This document shows positions 1 through 12,848 of a stretch of 64,000 nt of DNA, one piece after another. The stretch comes from Cycas panzhihuaensis (lineage: Eukaryota > Plantae > Cycadophyta). The stretch lies in contig CM041465.1 of assembly GCA_023213395.1 (NCBI GenBank), forward strand, positions 99,765,741 through 99,829,740, read 5' to 3'. A program made the position numbers and the translations under genes. The notes beneath the pieces are model-generated. The model saw only the letters and a list, made by a program, of their open reading frames with translations. It made no database searches and was not told the DNA's origin. Position 1 is the first letter of the stretch, and each line of letters starts with the position of its first letter.

Positions 1-410
1 TCGAATTTCCTTATATATACGGGGGGCCTGACAGGCACTACCTCTATTTTTGCTCTCGTGACAGCCGTTTGGATAATCCTGTTTCCTTAATCACCTTTGT
101 CTTCTGCCCATGTCTCCCATTTCGCTTCTTTGGTGTCTTTTTCGCTCTTTCTTACTAGTACATTTATTGCACTTCATCATTGCACTCCAGGGGGAATGCT
201 CCCCCCATCCAAGGGCATGTTTTGTTTCCCAAAGTAACCCTTGCTACCCCAAGGTGCCTTTTTTTCGCTTGCTCTTAGGTAGTGGTCGAGCTACTCATTC
301 TCGTCCTTGGGTAGCCCCATTGCTAGGTCCTCCTACCCTTCACGGCCACCTATTGCTTGCCTTTCCAATCTCTCTTTCATTCCATTATTGTTTATTACTA
401 CTAGGGCCTT

Positions 411-813
411 GTGTCACCTATATCCCTCTACATTTTTATCAACGACAGAAGCTGCGGTAACCCTGGACCTTCTGTCGCTGCATGGATTCTTCGCAGCCCC
501 TCTGGATACGATTTTCTATGCTCTAGGATCTTTCTCCTAGAGGCTACTAATAATGAAGTTGAGTACAGAGATGTTATTGAAGCTCTCACTAACGCTCTAC
601 ATTTCTATCACAGACCTATTATTCTACTTTGTGACTCTCAGGTTGTGGTGTCTCATCTCATCCAGGTTTATCAGGTGTGATGGTGACTCTCAGGTGGCTT
701 GCTTCTCGTCTGTCGACATTCATCATATTCCTCGGGCCCTCAACGTTGAGGTAGATAGTCTCATCTGCCTTATCCTTAAGCACTGCCTTCCTCTTCTTGC
801 TGACCGTCCCTGA
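411..813 (+). pseudogene. Archaeal-type RNase H (aRH) ORF of copy A, frameshifted by a small deletion near 680
   Basis: Motifs GNPGP, ATNNEVEY, CDSQVVV and HIPRALNVEVD are split over ORFs 411-680 and 553-813; colinear with 16592-17014. Confidence 0.88.
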
Positions 814-3437
814 AGCTTGTCTAGTCGCTCTGTCACCCAAGCCCCAGGTTGTCATACACTTCACCTTGCGGTCTATTTGCACCTCTAAAACTTAGCTACT
901 AATGAGGTTAAACAATGGTGACTACCAGTTCTGTTTACTCATCTCTTCTACTTGATTATGCATATCTCTTTGCATCTTTTGTGGTGGGGGATAGCCCCCT
1001 CACCTTTCATATTCTCCAGTTGGTCCCTTGGTGATACATAGGCAGCCCCTATATTGTCTCCACCTCTACCTTCATATCCACGCATTCCGCCATGACACTC
1101 ACCGGCACCCTTGACTACTGTTATAATCTTGATTTATATATCTACATACACATGTGCTATTGACAGTTGTATTGCCAGCATTTGCCATCGCACCATGCTT
1201 CCAAGCGGCGGGGCTCTGTTGCTAAGGGGGCAGTGTTTCCCAGCTTCTGGGAATGGATACAGAGCGATCAACTCAGGTAAGTGCAGGTATGATTCTCACC
1301 TTATTATTATTTTCTTTTGTGACGAGTATCTGCTTGCATGCTATGATTTCGTAGATGGTCCTGTTGTCATCTACACCTATCTAGCCTATGACGATTATAG
1401 CGGGGGCACATTCCCAGTGAGTGTGACACCCCAGTGGCTGCGTCACTTCCTGCATTCTGCCCTACTCACCTTAAGACCCACTTGGTTCATGTCATACGCA
1501 CCCGTGTGATGACCCATCGTCGTTTGGTTGACTTGTCACATATTTTGAGTCCCCATTGTTGCTTCCTGTGGCTCATTTGTTTGCTTGTCTGCCTCTGGGT
1601 AGGTGGGCTGCCCTGCCGCCTCTGGGTCAGCAGTCTATAGCCCAGGTTGGTTGTTTGGGCTAGTTTTGGCCTCTGGTCCCACACCGCGGCAAATTTCGTG
1701 ATGTAGTAAAGTTCTGGTAGTGCTGAAGTTCTGCGGTCGACTATCATGACTTATTTTTAAAATCTACCATGGCAATTCTTGCATTTATTGCAGAATTACC
1801 ACGTGTCTCGCAACTTCACTCACCACCAGTCGTGCCCTAATCATTCGATTAGGGTTGAGGTTGGGTATTTAAGTCTTACCTAAATCATTTTAGGGATCTC
1901 TTTACCTCATTTTAGAAGGATCATAAAGAAAAATGCCCTGATGTCTGTTGTCTCCTACCGCTCCACTATTGTTCCAGGACCTGCAACTACTCTCCAGTGC
2001 CCAACTCTCCTTTGGTTTGGCTGTGACATCTTCCCAGCCCCTTGCACACATTGGAGAGGGCCTCTTTGAAGAGTTTCTAGGACTTCTTTGCCCAGGCAGC
2101 CACTAAGCAGTCTCAAGTGTAGGATTTTCCTTTAGTCACCTTAGCAGGGATTCCATACCTACTACTCCACAGTTTTTTTCAGATTTGTCAACCTTTTCTC
2201 AGTAGGTTTTGACAGAGGCAAATGCCTCCTATCTTCTTTAGAGGTATTTATTAGTTTAAAGTCTTCCTTTTACCTAGTTTATGCTTAGTTTTGCATGGTT
2301 ATCTTTAGCTTGTCTTATCTTACTTTTGGAGGTTGCTTCTTATCTTTGTCTTGGACTGTTTTCCCTACTATTTAGGCTCCTCTTCCTATGTTTCACACCT
2401 AGGACAGTGGCCAAAGAGGGTTGCATAAGGTTTGGGATAGAGTTAGGTGGATTCCGTACCACCCTCACACTCCTTAAGAGGCCCTCACCCTCCAAACCTT
2501 CCTCTTTGTCCCTATGCTACTCCTGGGATAGGGCTAAGGGTTAGAAGCCTATTTCTAACCACTAAAATTAGTGTTTGCACCTATTGTAATACTGGTTTGC
2601 AGGCCTATATCTTCCATCCAGGCAATGCATAAGCCCCAACTACTTGTCCCTAGCTCAACCTAGTCCTTAGCAACCCAGTTTGCTTCCTATAGCACTCCGG
2701 TCTATTGGGAATCTCTTTGAGATTCCTTCTACTCTTGTTGTCTCTACTTCTAGCCCTTTGTACAACCCTATCCTCACTACCTTGTGGCTTCTTAAGGGAA
2801 GGTAGGGTTGCTCTTTGCTGGAGATGGGCCACTCCGAGGCTTACCGACTTATCCACCATTCATTTGGATAGTTTTCATTATAGTTTATTATTGTAATATT
2901 CAATGCTAACATATATGTGTTGAGGCTTATGCTTGTTACATACATACATGTGTTATTAGGATTCTACTTTGTATTGTTAGTACCCTTTATCTGGAAAGGG
3001 ATACTCTTACTTACTTGCAGGTACACGAAGGACGCAAAGGACTCATCCCTTTCTCTCTCTCTCGGGTAAGTGTATGTACTCTTATTTATTGCAGCACTTC
3101 ATTTGCTGTCATTACTTTCCCTTTTTTTCCTTTCTTGGCACTCTCGTGTCGCTTCTGGGGAAGGTAAAGAAGCCCCATGCTTCGCCCTACTGCAACCCCC
3201 TTCTCGCCGTGCTTAGTGGAGCGATCTTGGACACCTTGTGGGAACGATGTCGCTTCAACCGCGCCTCCATCCCAGGTATATACCTTTGCTTCATCTTATC
3301 TTCTCTCTTCTAAAAGTTCATGCATGGTAGTAATTAGACCACTTAAAAGGAAAAAGGGAAATTATTTCTTCTTTTGGTTTACATTTGGTTAGTATCTTTG
3401 TATATCATAGGAAAGGTTTTAGGAAGACCTTTCTCCC

Positions 3438-3498
3438 GACCTTTCCCTTTTGGTTTGTGACCTTTCCCTTTTGGTTTGTGACCTTTCCCTTTGGTTTG
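3438..3498 (+). repeat. ~21-bp minisatellite (GACCTTTCCCTTTTGGTTTGT) in the LTR of copy A; degenerate units continue at 19994-20050
   Basis: Three near-perfect units precede copy B; CAACCTTCCCCTTTTGGGTTTG-type units follow it. Confidence 0.85.
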
Positions 3499-6077
3499 TG
3501 TTTCCCAGCTTCCAGGAATGGATACAGAATCACTGACTCAGGTAAGTGCAGGTATGTTTCTCGCATTGTCATCGCTTTCATTTGATGAGTGTTTGCTTGC
3601 ATGTCTGCATGTGTGTGGCTTTGTGGGCAACTTTGTCATCGTCCACACTTGTTTTAGCCTATGACGACTATAGCAGGGGCACACTCCTAGCGAGTGTGGC
3701 ACCCTGGTGGCCACTTCACTTCCCGCATCTGCTCTCCTCGCTCCAAGACCCACTCAGTTTGCGCCACCTCTGCCCGTGTGATGACCCATCATCGTTTGGT
3801 CAACTTGCCATCCTGGTTGAGCCCTATTTTTGCTCCGTTAGACCTGTTTGTTGGCTTGTTTACCCCCGAGTAGGTGTCTCAGCCCCCATTAGCCCTTTTG
3901 GTCATCACTTTGACTGGTGGCTGGTAAAACCTATTTCTGTCCTTGGGTTCGTACCGCTGGAATTTTCGTGATATCGCCAGAATATTCGCGATCTGCATGA
4001 GTTCTGTTGATCTGTTGTCATAATTTATTTTTTAAAAATCCGCTGTGGCAATTTCGTATTTATTGCGAAACTGCCACGTGGCTCGCGACTTAATTCTCTC
4101 CCAGCTACGCCCTAATCGCTCGCTTTAGGGTTTGGTTTGAGTACTTAAGCCATTTTTGACTCATTTTTGGGGGATTCTTTTGCTCACTTTTGGATTGCTC
4201 TTCAAGGAAACAACATTCTGCTCTGCTCTTCCCTGTTGTTATGTTGCTATCACTGGACCTGCGTCACTCCTGATAGCGCCCTGCTCTCCTTTGGTATGGC
4301 TAGGACATTCTCCCAGCTCCTCATGCACCTTGGAGAGGGCCCCTTAGAGTGGTTCCAGTAGATCTTTACCCAGGCAGTCCACAAGTGCTCCAAGTGCAGG
4401 TGTTTTCCCTCCAACCTCCTTAGCAGGGCCCCAAACCTACTGCACTCCAGATCTGGGCTGATTTCTTAGCCCATCTTCGCTGCCCTTTGGCTGAGGCAAG
4501 TCTCTCGCCTCCCTCACTTAGGTATTTATTAGTTTACATTGTTTTTCTTGTGATATTTATGCTCCATCTTGCCTGCTCCTTGCTTGTCCTCGTGAGTTTG
4601 GTCCTTTTCCTTTTAGTGGGCTGTTTTGCCACTGCTTTTGTGCCTCTTGCCTGCGTTTCTTTGCTCAAAGCGTGGCGTTGAGGGTTGGCATAGGCTTTGG
4701 GAAGGAGCTGGGTGGATTCCGTACCACCTTCCACGCTCCCTAAGTGGCTCTAAGCCCTCCAAAGCCTCCCTCTCGCCCCGTGCTGCCCTTGGCATGCAAG
4801 CAAGGGTTCGTAGGCCCTCTTTTGGCCCATGAAAACCAGTATTTATCACAAGTTGCAGCACTGATTTGAGGGCCTTTGTTCAGGTTTGGGCAACCCACAT
4901 AGGTCCCAACCGCTAGTCTTTGCTTAACTTTCTTCCCGGATGCCCAGCTTGCTCCTCATAGCATCCCAATTTGCCGTAGGTTTTCCTTGGCCCCTCTTTG
5001 CCTCTTTGTTGCTGTTTCCAGGCCTTACTCTTGGCCTTACCCTCGCTGCCTTGTGGCTCCTGGGAGGGGTTAGGGCGTCATTTACGGGAGGTGGGCCACT
5101 CCGAGGCTCACCGATATTTAACTTCCGCTTTGGTCACTCTCTTTTGTGTACTTTCATTATTGGATTGATACTAACACGTGTGTATTTAGATTCATATTCG
5201 TATTATTTAGACATATATTGTAGAATCTTGTATCGCATGTTGGTATCCTTCCTCCGGGAAGGGAGAGTTTGCCATTGCTTGCAGGTACTTGGGGAGCGTA
5301 GGGGATATTGTCCATTAGCCCCGTTGACGGTAAGTGCCCTTGTATACATTGTGCTTTCGTATTTCTTCATTTATTAGCTTTTGCTTCCTTCCTTTCTTTG
5401 GCACCGCATTTGTTTTTTCCGGGGAAGGTAACGTAGCCCCTTTTCAATCCGTTGTAACATCCCGCATCCAACGCGCCGTTTGGAGTAGCTTGGTGCCCCT
5501 TCGAAACGGCCTTCGTCATGCACGCCCTCGGTCCAGGTACACATCTTACTCTACCTTGCTACCTTATTTCCTTTTGGTTGCTCCTTTAGTAATTAGCACA
5601 TTGGAAAATAAAAGGGAAATTTGGTTTTGCATTTGGTTATGTTTCATTTGTTTTACTATACGCATCTTTTCCATCTATAGGAAAGGTTATAGGAACCCTT
5701 CTCCTCTACCTTTCCTCTTCTCCTCTTAATCGCACAAGTTTCTTGCTCCCGCATTGCTTGTGTACCCTGTTAGTTTATTTCGGCACACTCTTGATCTATT
5801 TCCCTTGGATCTTCTCCTTCCCCTTCCGGTGACCCAAGGGTGGGAGGGTCCTGTCCCTAGGTCAACCCAGGTTTGCCCTACGCATCTTCACCCTTTGTCC
5901 GAAGTGGTGGAGGATTACCTGATAGTAGCCATATTCCATTGCAGATCCCGAACTCGCGCTCCGGTGCACGGGGTGCTCTGCGTGGTAACTATTTTCCTCA
6001 TAGGTTCCACCTTCAGTTATATCACCACCCACTCTCACCACACCTATTAGTTAGGTAGCTATCCGTGAGCGCGTCCA
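3499..6077 (+). repeat. 5' LTR of copy B (2579 bp)
   Basis: TGTTTCCCAGC...CGCGTCCA; direct repeat of 17427-19988, with 4 differences in the first ~100 bp. Confidence 0.95.
4045..4151 (+). promoter_or_regulatory. Putative LTR core promoter: palindrome 4045-4077, G-box CACGTG 4075-4080, telo-box-like TTTAGGGTTT, and TATA-like element
   Basis: Palindrome, G-box and TATA position are retained in the same order in the LTRs at ~1770-1875, ~17947-18050, ~30430-30530 (TATAAAA at 30522-30528) and ~51620-51720. Confidence 0.6.
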
Positions 6078-6080
6078 GCA

Positions 6081-6097
6081 GCGGCGATCTTGGGGGT
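6081..6097 (+). promoter_or_regulatory. Degenerate primer-binding site, probably tRNA-Arg type
   Basis: GCGGCGATCTTGGGGG follows the LTR end. The equivalent in copy D (TAGCAACCATACTGGGGAC, 54227-54245) resembles the TGGCGAC...CTGGGGA PBS of Tat/Ogre elements. Confidence 0.55.
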
Positions 6098-6319
6098 GTT
6101 AGTAAGGGAGTTAGTTTAGCTCTCTTGTTGGTTTCGCTACCTTCTTGTGATCCTTTTATACCTATTTCGATCTCTCGTTGGGCAGCCCCAGCGTGTGCCT
6201 TTCCTTTTCCCTAACATTGTTGGTTGATCTTGTGTGCGGCGCTTTTCTCGTCGTTTGCGATCTACCTCTATTATTAGAAGACCACAGTATCACCCTCTTC
6301 CTTTGTCGGATTACGATCG

Positions 6320-9300
6320 ATGGAGGGATACTCTTCTGATTGGGCCTACCACACTTCAACCTTGAAAACCCATGCTTTTCCTTCTTCTATTCCCGGGTCC
6401 ACCCAAGAGGGTGATGACCCCCTTTATTACCCAAGTGACCAACACCTCTCACTTGATGTCCATCCCTCTACCCATCTTGGTAGAAGGATCTGTTCCTCTT
6501 GAGACTTGCCACGTAGTTGGTGACTCTTATGAGGAGCATTCTGAGGAACCTACTTTGTTCGAGGTCTTAATTACCTCTTACGAGTACGTAGGGACTCCTC
6601 CCGTTGACGTAGTTGAAGCCCTAAATGAGTGTCACCGCGCGACACGCTTGCAACCGCGTCCTGGATGGCTCGAGGGTGCCCTTCGTGGAGGAGCCTCTTC
6701 CTCTTCCGCTCCTCCCCCTCATGCTTCATCCTCATTCACTCTTCCTTTGGCAACGAATCCCTTTATGCCTACACGTATGTCCCACTCACTTCCTATTCCC
6801 GCAGTGGGGGCATGTGTTGCACCTTCCATTCCTCATCGAGGTCCCAATGTTTCAAGATCTCCCCGTGGTGTGTCTTTCCCTCGATTGAAGGTCAGCATAC
6901 CCATTCCTAACCAAACCAATGTGCCATCCCCTAATGTGGCGCATACCATTCCTAGTAGGTCTGCCGGTCCTACTAGCCTTCCAGTCACTAGTCATGTGAG
7001 ATCCACTCCCACACATCCTCAAACCTAACACGTTGGTGCTTCCTTCAACGTTCCCCCAGGGTATACTTCTCAACCTTGGGGGCAGGGTAGAGGAAGCTGT
7101 CTTCCCGTTTATGGGGTGGATTCACTACACCCATATGGGGTCGCTCCACTTACAGGTGGCCCATATGGGCAAAACCCGGTTCCACATCCCTCTTGCCCAT
7201 CATCCAATGCAATCCCATCAGTTGTGCCTTCGCAAGGGAACCCAACTCCCTTCCAACGCACCTACCCCCACGCCTCTTTTCAGCAAGGGGTATTTCCTCG
7301 AGGGATGGGTGTCCCACCCCCATCCGCTCCTTATGCATTACCTACTTCGACATTCATTGACCCTACAGTTCAGGCAAGGGCACGCCCCTTCATGGACTTT
7401 AGGTCAACACCCCTTTCCGTTGAGGCGTTAAGAACCAACTTGCCGCCTCATCCCCCTGAAGTTCCTAGATTCGATGGAACTTCGTCCTGAGCTCCGGAGC
7501 ATGTGCGTAGTTTTTCTATGGCATGCATCGATTACTAGGCTTATGACCACATTTTAATGAAATTATTCTCGCGATCCTTGCAGGGCGACGCCCTCAAGTG
7601 GTTCTACCGTCTCCCTGCCCATTCTATCCATTCATTCCAACAATTGGTGGACGAGTTCATCAACTATTTTGATGTAGCCCGTCCATTCGAGAGCGGAATG
7701 AAGTCGCTCCTTTCACTCAAAGAAGGTCACGATGAGATGAATCATGACTTTGTGCGGCGATTTCACGACTTGCTTCACTCCACTAAGGCAACATTGCGGG
7801 AGGCGGCGAGACCTTTAAATCAACGCGCCGTCACGAGTTCATGTGGAAGTCCTCAAGATTGGGGCGACCACATGTGACTCCGTGATCGCCAAGTGTTTGG
7901 CGTTGGAGGCTATTGAGATCCAAGCTGGTCTCAAGAAACCTCTTAAGCCCTCACAGCACCATGAGGCACCACCCCCAGCCAAGGATACCAAACCTTCACA
8001 ACCTACCCGGTCTTCCTCTCATTCGACTGAGAGGATTTTAGACCCTTTCACATCAGCCATACGCTCATTTGAGCATACGATGAAGGAACTCAAGCTTCAA
8101 GCTCCTTCATCCCCTACATCCAACAAACAAGTCCAACAAACTACACAAGCTCCTCTTCTCAGGAATGGAAACGCGCAGTCCTCCCAAGCGAGAAGGTCCG
8201 ACCCTCCGCTTGAGAAGAAGTGGTGCTCCATTCATGGGGAGTGCTTCCACGACGATTCGCGTTGTAGGGCCCAGCATCCAAAGGATGCCCCTCGATGTGA
8301 TTCTTCCTCCAAACGGGCCTCAAGGCCTAATTTGGATCAACCAGTTCATAAGGATCCATTCCCTAAACATGGGGAACGCGATCGCAACACCCAAACCAAG
8401 AGCAACCGAAACCGAGGAAGATAGCATGATCCCCGTCCTTCCCGTGACAAAGGGAAGGGTACCCAGAACTCATCTTCCTCCTCTCGTTCTCCTAGCCGTC
8501 GTACCCCGTCACCTTCACGACCCCGGAACAGGGGGAAGAAGGTGATCCAGTTGCTTGAAGCAACTCCTACTTACGTCCTTACGCGATCTCAAGCCACCAA
8601 GGAAGTGGTGGGAGCTTCTTGTTCTTCTGCTCCTTCTGACCCTCTTCTAGAGAACCTTCCTTCGGAAATCCCTCTTTCCCAAGGCTATTCCTGTACGCCC
8701 TCGTCGTTACGATTTCCAAAGGGCACTTACCCAACCTATCGCGAAGGGTAAGCCTTTCTCCATCGTGGACGAGCTTCATATGGTCGCCGCAGGAATGTCC
8801 TTGATGGACGTTCTGAGGAGTTGTCCCGAGTAGCGGGCCCTCCTCTTAGAAGCTTTAGGATCGAGTGATGCGCCTGTCCACGCTTTGGGTGTCACCCAAG
8901 GTTGTGGACCCGTTATCTCATTTGATCCTAAGGATCTTCCTCCTGCCGGTGAAAGGGAACGTTAGTGGAACTTCCCATTCACCATCATCATCGATACGCC
9001 CGATTGTACCCTTCAAAGGACTGTTGTCGACAACGGTTCTTCTATCAACGCCATGCCCTTGCGCGTCATGCAAGAGCTTGGCATCTCTGCCTTGGAACCC
9101 GTTCCTTGGCGATGCCAAGGTTATGACTGTAGCGAGAAGACCCCTTTGGGATCTGTCGTGATTCCGCTCACCCTTGAGGACAAGACCGTTCTTGCCGACA
9201 TTGTAGTTCTCGACGTTGACGTGGATTACAACCTCCTTCTTGGTCGTCCATGGCTCGACCAAATGGGAGCCGTGTGCTCGACTCTTTGGGGACAACTTAA

Positions 9301-12300
9301 ATTCATTCATGACAGACGAATGAGAGTGATTCCTCGCGAACGGCCATTTACCAAACAAACTCGTTCCACCAGTTCGACAAACCAAGGTTCATCTGCGCAT
9401 GCCTCAGCTTGCTCTATTGGTATACCTAACCCATCTGAAGAAGATCCTGCATCTTCTCCCCCTAGTCTCACGCGATTCACCCCTATTGGCGTTGGGAGTT
9501 ACGGGTACCTTGCATCATTTAGTGATGACAAGTCACTCGACGAAGATGAGGATTGCCTTCACCCTGTCTCTTTCCTCGCTTGATGGGTTCCACATACTGT
9601 TCTAGATCCCCACCTAGAACCTCTCTCATTGGTGAGGCTAGCCACTTATGCGTATCATATGTCATCACTCGTGTTGACCTGCCCATCGCCAGTTCTTCTT
9701 CTTCATTACCCCCCATTGGTAACGGCTTTAAAGAACTGCCTTTCGCTCCTTCTGAGGAGCCCCTTCTTGGTTTTCCTTCAGATTCCCATGAGGAAGTTGA
9801 GCAACCCGGCGGCCATCACAGTCCCGTTGCTCTTACTCCCTCCGGTGCTTTCTCTACTCAGAGTAAGGTCATCCATGGGGTGGATTATTTTGAGGATGAT
9901 GAAGCCACAGCGAGCATCTGGCGGGGCCTTGCGCCCAACTTGCCTTCGGTCACCACGGCTTGGTCATCGAGAAGATCCTTGCGATCGGATCACGCTTGAT
10001 CCAGGTCCATCTCATATTCCTCCTCCTCCTGTTGATCTTGCCCTCTCCACTTGAGGAGGCAGCGCCATGTGCATGGGGCCAATCAAGACATAGTCTTGGC
10101 CCGGGCAAGGTCATTAAGGTCGGTCGAATGTTCCCCGATGAGATAAGGAGTACTCCATACATTCTAGGAGTTCAGGGGCGTTTTTGCGTGGGATTATCTT
10201 GACATGAAGGAATCAACCTCTATTGTCACCCATAACCTCACCACCCTTCACTGGCGCACATACGTGTGCGAGCGGCGTCCCCTTCACCCGAAGCTCTCTA
10301 CCGCCGTCAAAATGGAGGTTGAGAAGCTTCTGTACGCTGGGCTTATTACTTCCATTGACTACCCTAAGTGGGTCTCTAATATTGTCCCTGTTGCTAAAAA
10401 GAACAGGGCAATCCGTATATGTGTCGATTTTTGTGGCATCAATAATGCTTATCCCAAGGACAATTTCTCGTTACCCTTCCTCGATCAAATCATTGATTGC
10501 ACCGCCGGATTTGAAGTGATGTCCCTAATGGATGGCTTCTCCGGCTATAACCAAATTCAGATTTCTCGTGAAGACCACCATAAGACAGCCTTCACTACTC
10601 CTTGGGGTACCTTCGCCTATAAGGCGATGCCCTTTGGCCTCAAGAATGCAGGTGCTACTTACCAAAGAGCCATGCATTTTATCTTCCATGACCTCATTAA
10701 TGACACGTTGGAGGTCTTCATGGACAATATGATGGGTCTCTCCCACGTTAGGGCCCATCACCCTTCCGACTTGCGTGCCATCTTCTCGCTATGCCGTAAG
10801 TATCACATCAGTCTAAATCCGCTCAAGTGTGTGTTTGCCATTACCTCGGGTAAACTCCTTAGATTCCTTGTATCCAAACAAGGAATTCAGATTGACCCTG
10901 ACAAAGTCAGAGCGATCCTTGACATGCCGCCACCTAGAACTCAACAACAGATTAAGTGAATTCTAGGGAGGCTTAGTTTTCTTAAGCGCTTTTTAGCCGA
11001 TTTCATTGTGAGCGCTAAACCCCTCATGAACCTATTGAAGAAGGGAGCTCCTTTTGCCTGGTCTGACAAGACCCAAAAGGCCTTCGAAGGACTCAAGGAA
11101 GCCCTAGCTTGGCTCCTACGTTAGCACCTCCCCAGGTTCGATGGGCCCTTCATCTGTACACCTCGATGGCCAGCGAATCCTTGGGTGCTATGCTAGCTTA
11201 GGAGGATGACTCGGGGCGAGAGCTATATTTCATCGGTCGCTCTCGTGGGCTGCAGCTTAACTATTCCCCCACCGAGAAGGAATGCCTCTCCTTGGTCCAC
11301 GCGACCAAGAAGTTCAGGCACTACTTGCTCGGCAACACCACCAAGGTGATCGTTCAATCTAATCCCTTACGATACTTACTAACTCGTTCAGATTTGACGA
11401 GTAGGGCTAGTCGTTGGGCCGTCCTACTCCAAGAATTTGACCTCCATACCGTTAACTAGAAATCAAAGAAGGGAATGATAATGGCTGAGCAACTTACGGA
11501 CGCCCCTATCCCTAACTCCTTTGATGCTCCTGTTGACGACTCTCTCCCCGATGAGTCTATCTTGACGATTCAGGGAGCTTCTCCCCATCTGCTCATTGAC
11601 AATGAGTGGTACGATGACATAGTGTGGTATCTTACGCAGTAGCACTACCGCCCCAACGCTAGTAGTAAAGTTAGATCTCGTATCCGGACTTCTGCCATGC
11701 AATATCTCCTCGTAGATGAGGTATTATACAAGAGGTCCTTCGATGGGATCCTCCTCTGTTGCATCACTACTGACGAAGCCGACTAGGTACTTTGCGAATG
11801 CCACCACGGCATTTGTGGAGGTCACTTTGGGGGCCAATCCATGGCTCAGAGGATCCTCCGCATGGGCTATTTTTGGCTGTCCCTCTTTAAGGATGCTCAC
11901 GCCTTTGCTCTGAAATGTCGGCGATGTCAGGAACACGCCAACATTTCCCATGTGCCTTTTGAGGCCCTGCATCCCATTGTTTCGCCATGGCCCTTCGCTC
12001 AGTGGGGACTAGACCTCATTGGGGCTATCTCCCCACCTTGGTCATCGCAGCACAAGTTCATCTTGACTGCCACGGAGTATTTCACCAAATGGGCGGAGGC
12101 CATCCCCTTGATCACTACTCCTGGAAAAACGATTGCCACATTCATTTACCAACATATCATTTGCCATTTCAGAATTCTGGATGTCCTAATCACTGACAAT
12201 GGAACTCCTTTCTGTAATAAGGAGATCGATGAGCTTTGTGAGAAGTTCAAAATTTCTCATAAGACTTCCTCCCCTTACTACCCTCAGGCAAATGGCCAAG

Positions 12301-12848
12301 TGGAGTCTTTTAATAAGACTCTTGTCAACATTCTCAAGAATACCGTTGCTCAATCCCAAAAGGATTGGCACCTTCAGTTGCCCTCCGCCTTGTGGGCTTA
12401 CTGCACCTCTATCTGTTCCGCCACGGGAATGACCCCGTTCTCCCTGGTCTATGGTATTGAGGCGGTACTGCCACTGGAGGTGGAGATTCCTTCCTTGCGA
12501 GTCTCCCTTCGAGGTTTCATCGACGAAGAGTCGATCCATCAGGCTCGCGTGCTTTGGACCTCAAGCTTTGGATGAGGCGGCTTAGCGCTATCAAGCTAAC
12601 CTAGCATCCAAAGCCTGCTCACAAAGGGCCTACGATAAACACCTTCGTTCCCGCCCTTTATTTCCTAGGGACTATGTCCTCAAGCTCGAGTATCTCCATG
12701 ACCGTTTGACCAAGTTCAAACCCCGATGGGTTGGTCCTTTCGTCATTATAGAATCCCTCGATAATGGTGCTTACATGATAGCCACCTGGAAGGGCTTGAA
12801 TTTGAGAAAGCTGTTAATGGAAAGTTCCTTGAGAAGTTTTATGCGTGA
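6320..12848 (+). pseudogene. gag-pol polyprotein of copy B (gag, protease, RT, degenerate RNase H, integrase), broken by stops and frameshifts
   Basis: Start MEGYSSDWAY is shared with copy D (54482). Gag: MKLFSRSLQGDALKWF and C-x2-H-x4-H-x4-C knuckle WCSIHGECFHDDSRC. Protease: VDNGSSINAMP (~9025). RT: WVSNIVPVAKK, DGFSGYNQI, MPFGLKNAGATYQR. Integrase: HHCC, WPFAQWGLDLIG, TDNGTPF, YYPQANGQVE, PRWVGPF; ends NGKFLEKFYA* at 12848. Confidence 0.93.

Noticed and set aside
4940-6050. Hydrophobic ORFs (145, 131 and 98 aa) duplicated at 18848-19958, suggesting an env-like membrane protein
   Set aside because: They lie inside the LTRs, so duplication is expected. The hydrophobicity follows from T/C-rich sequence, and the frames are not kept in the other LTR copies.
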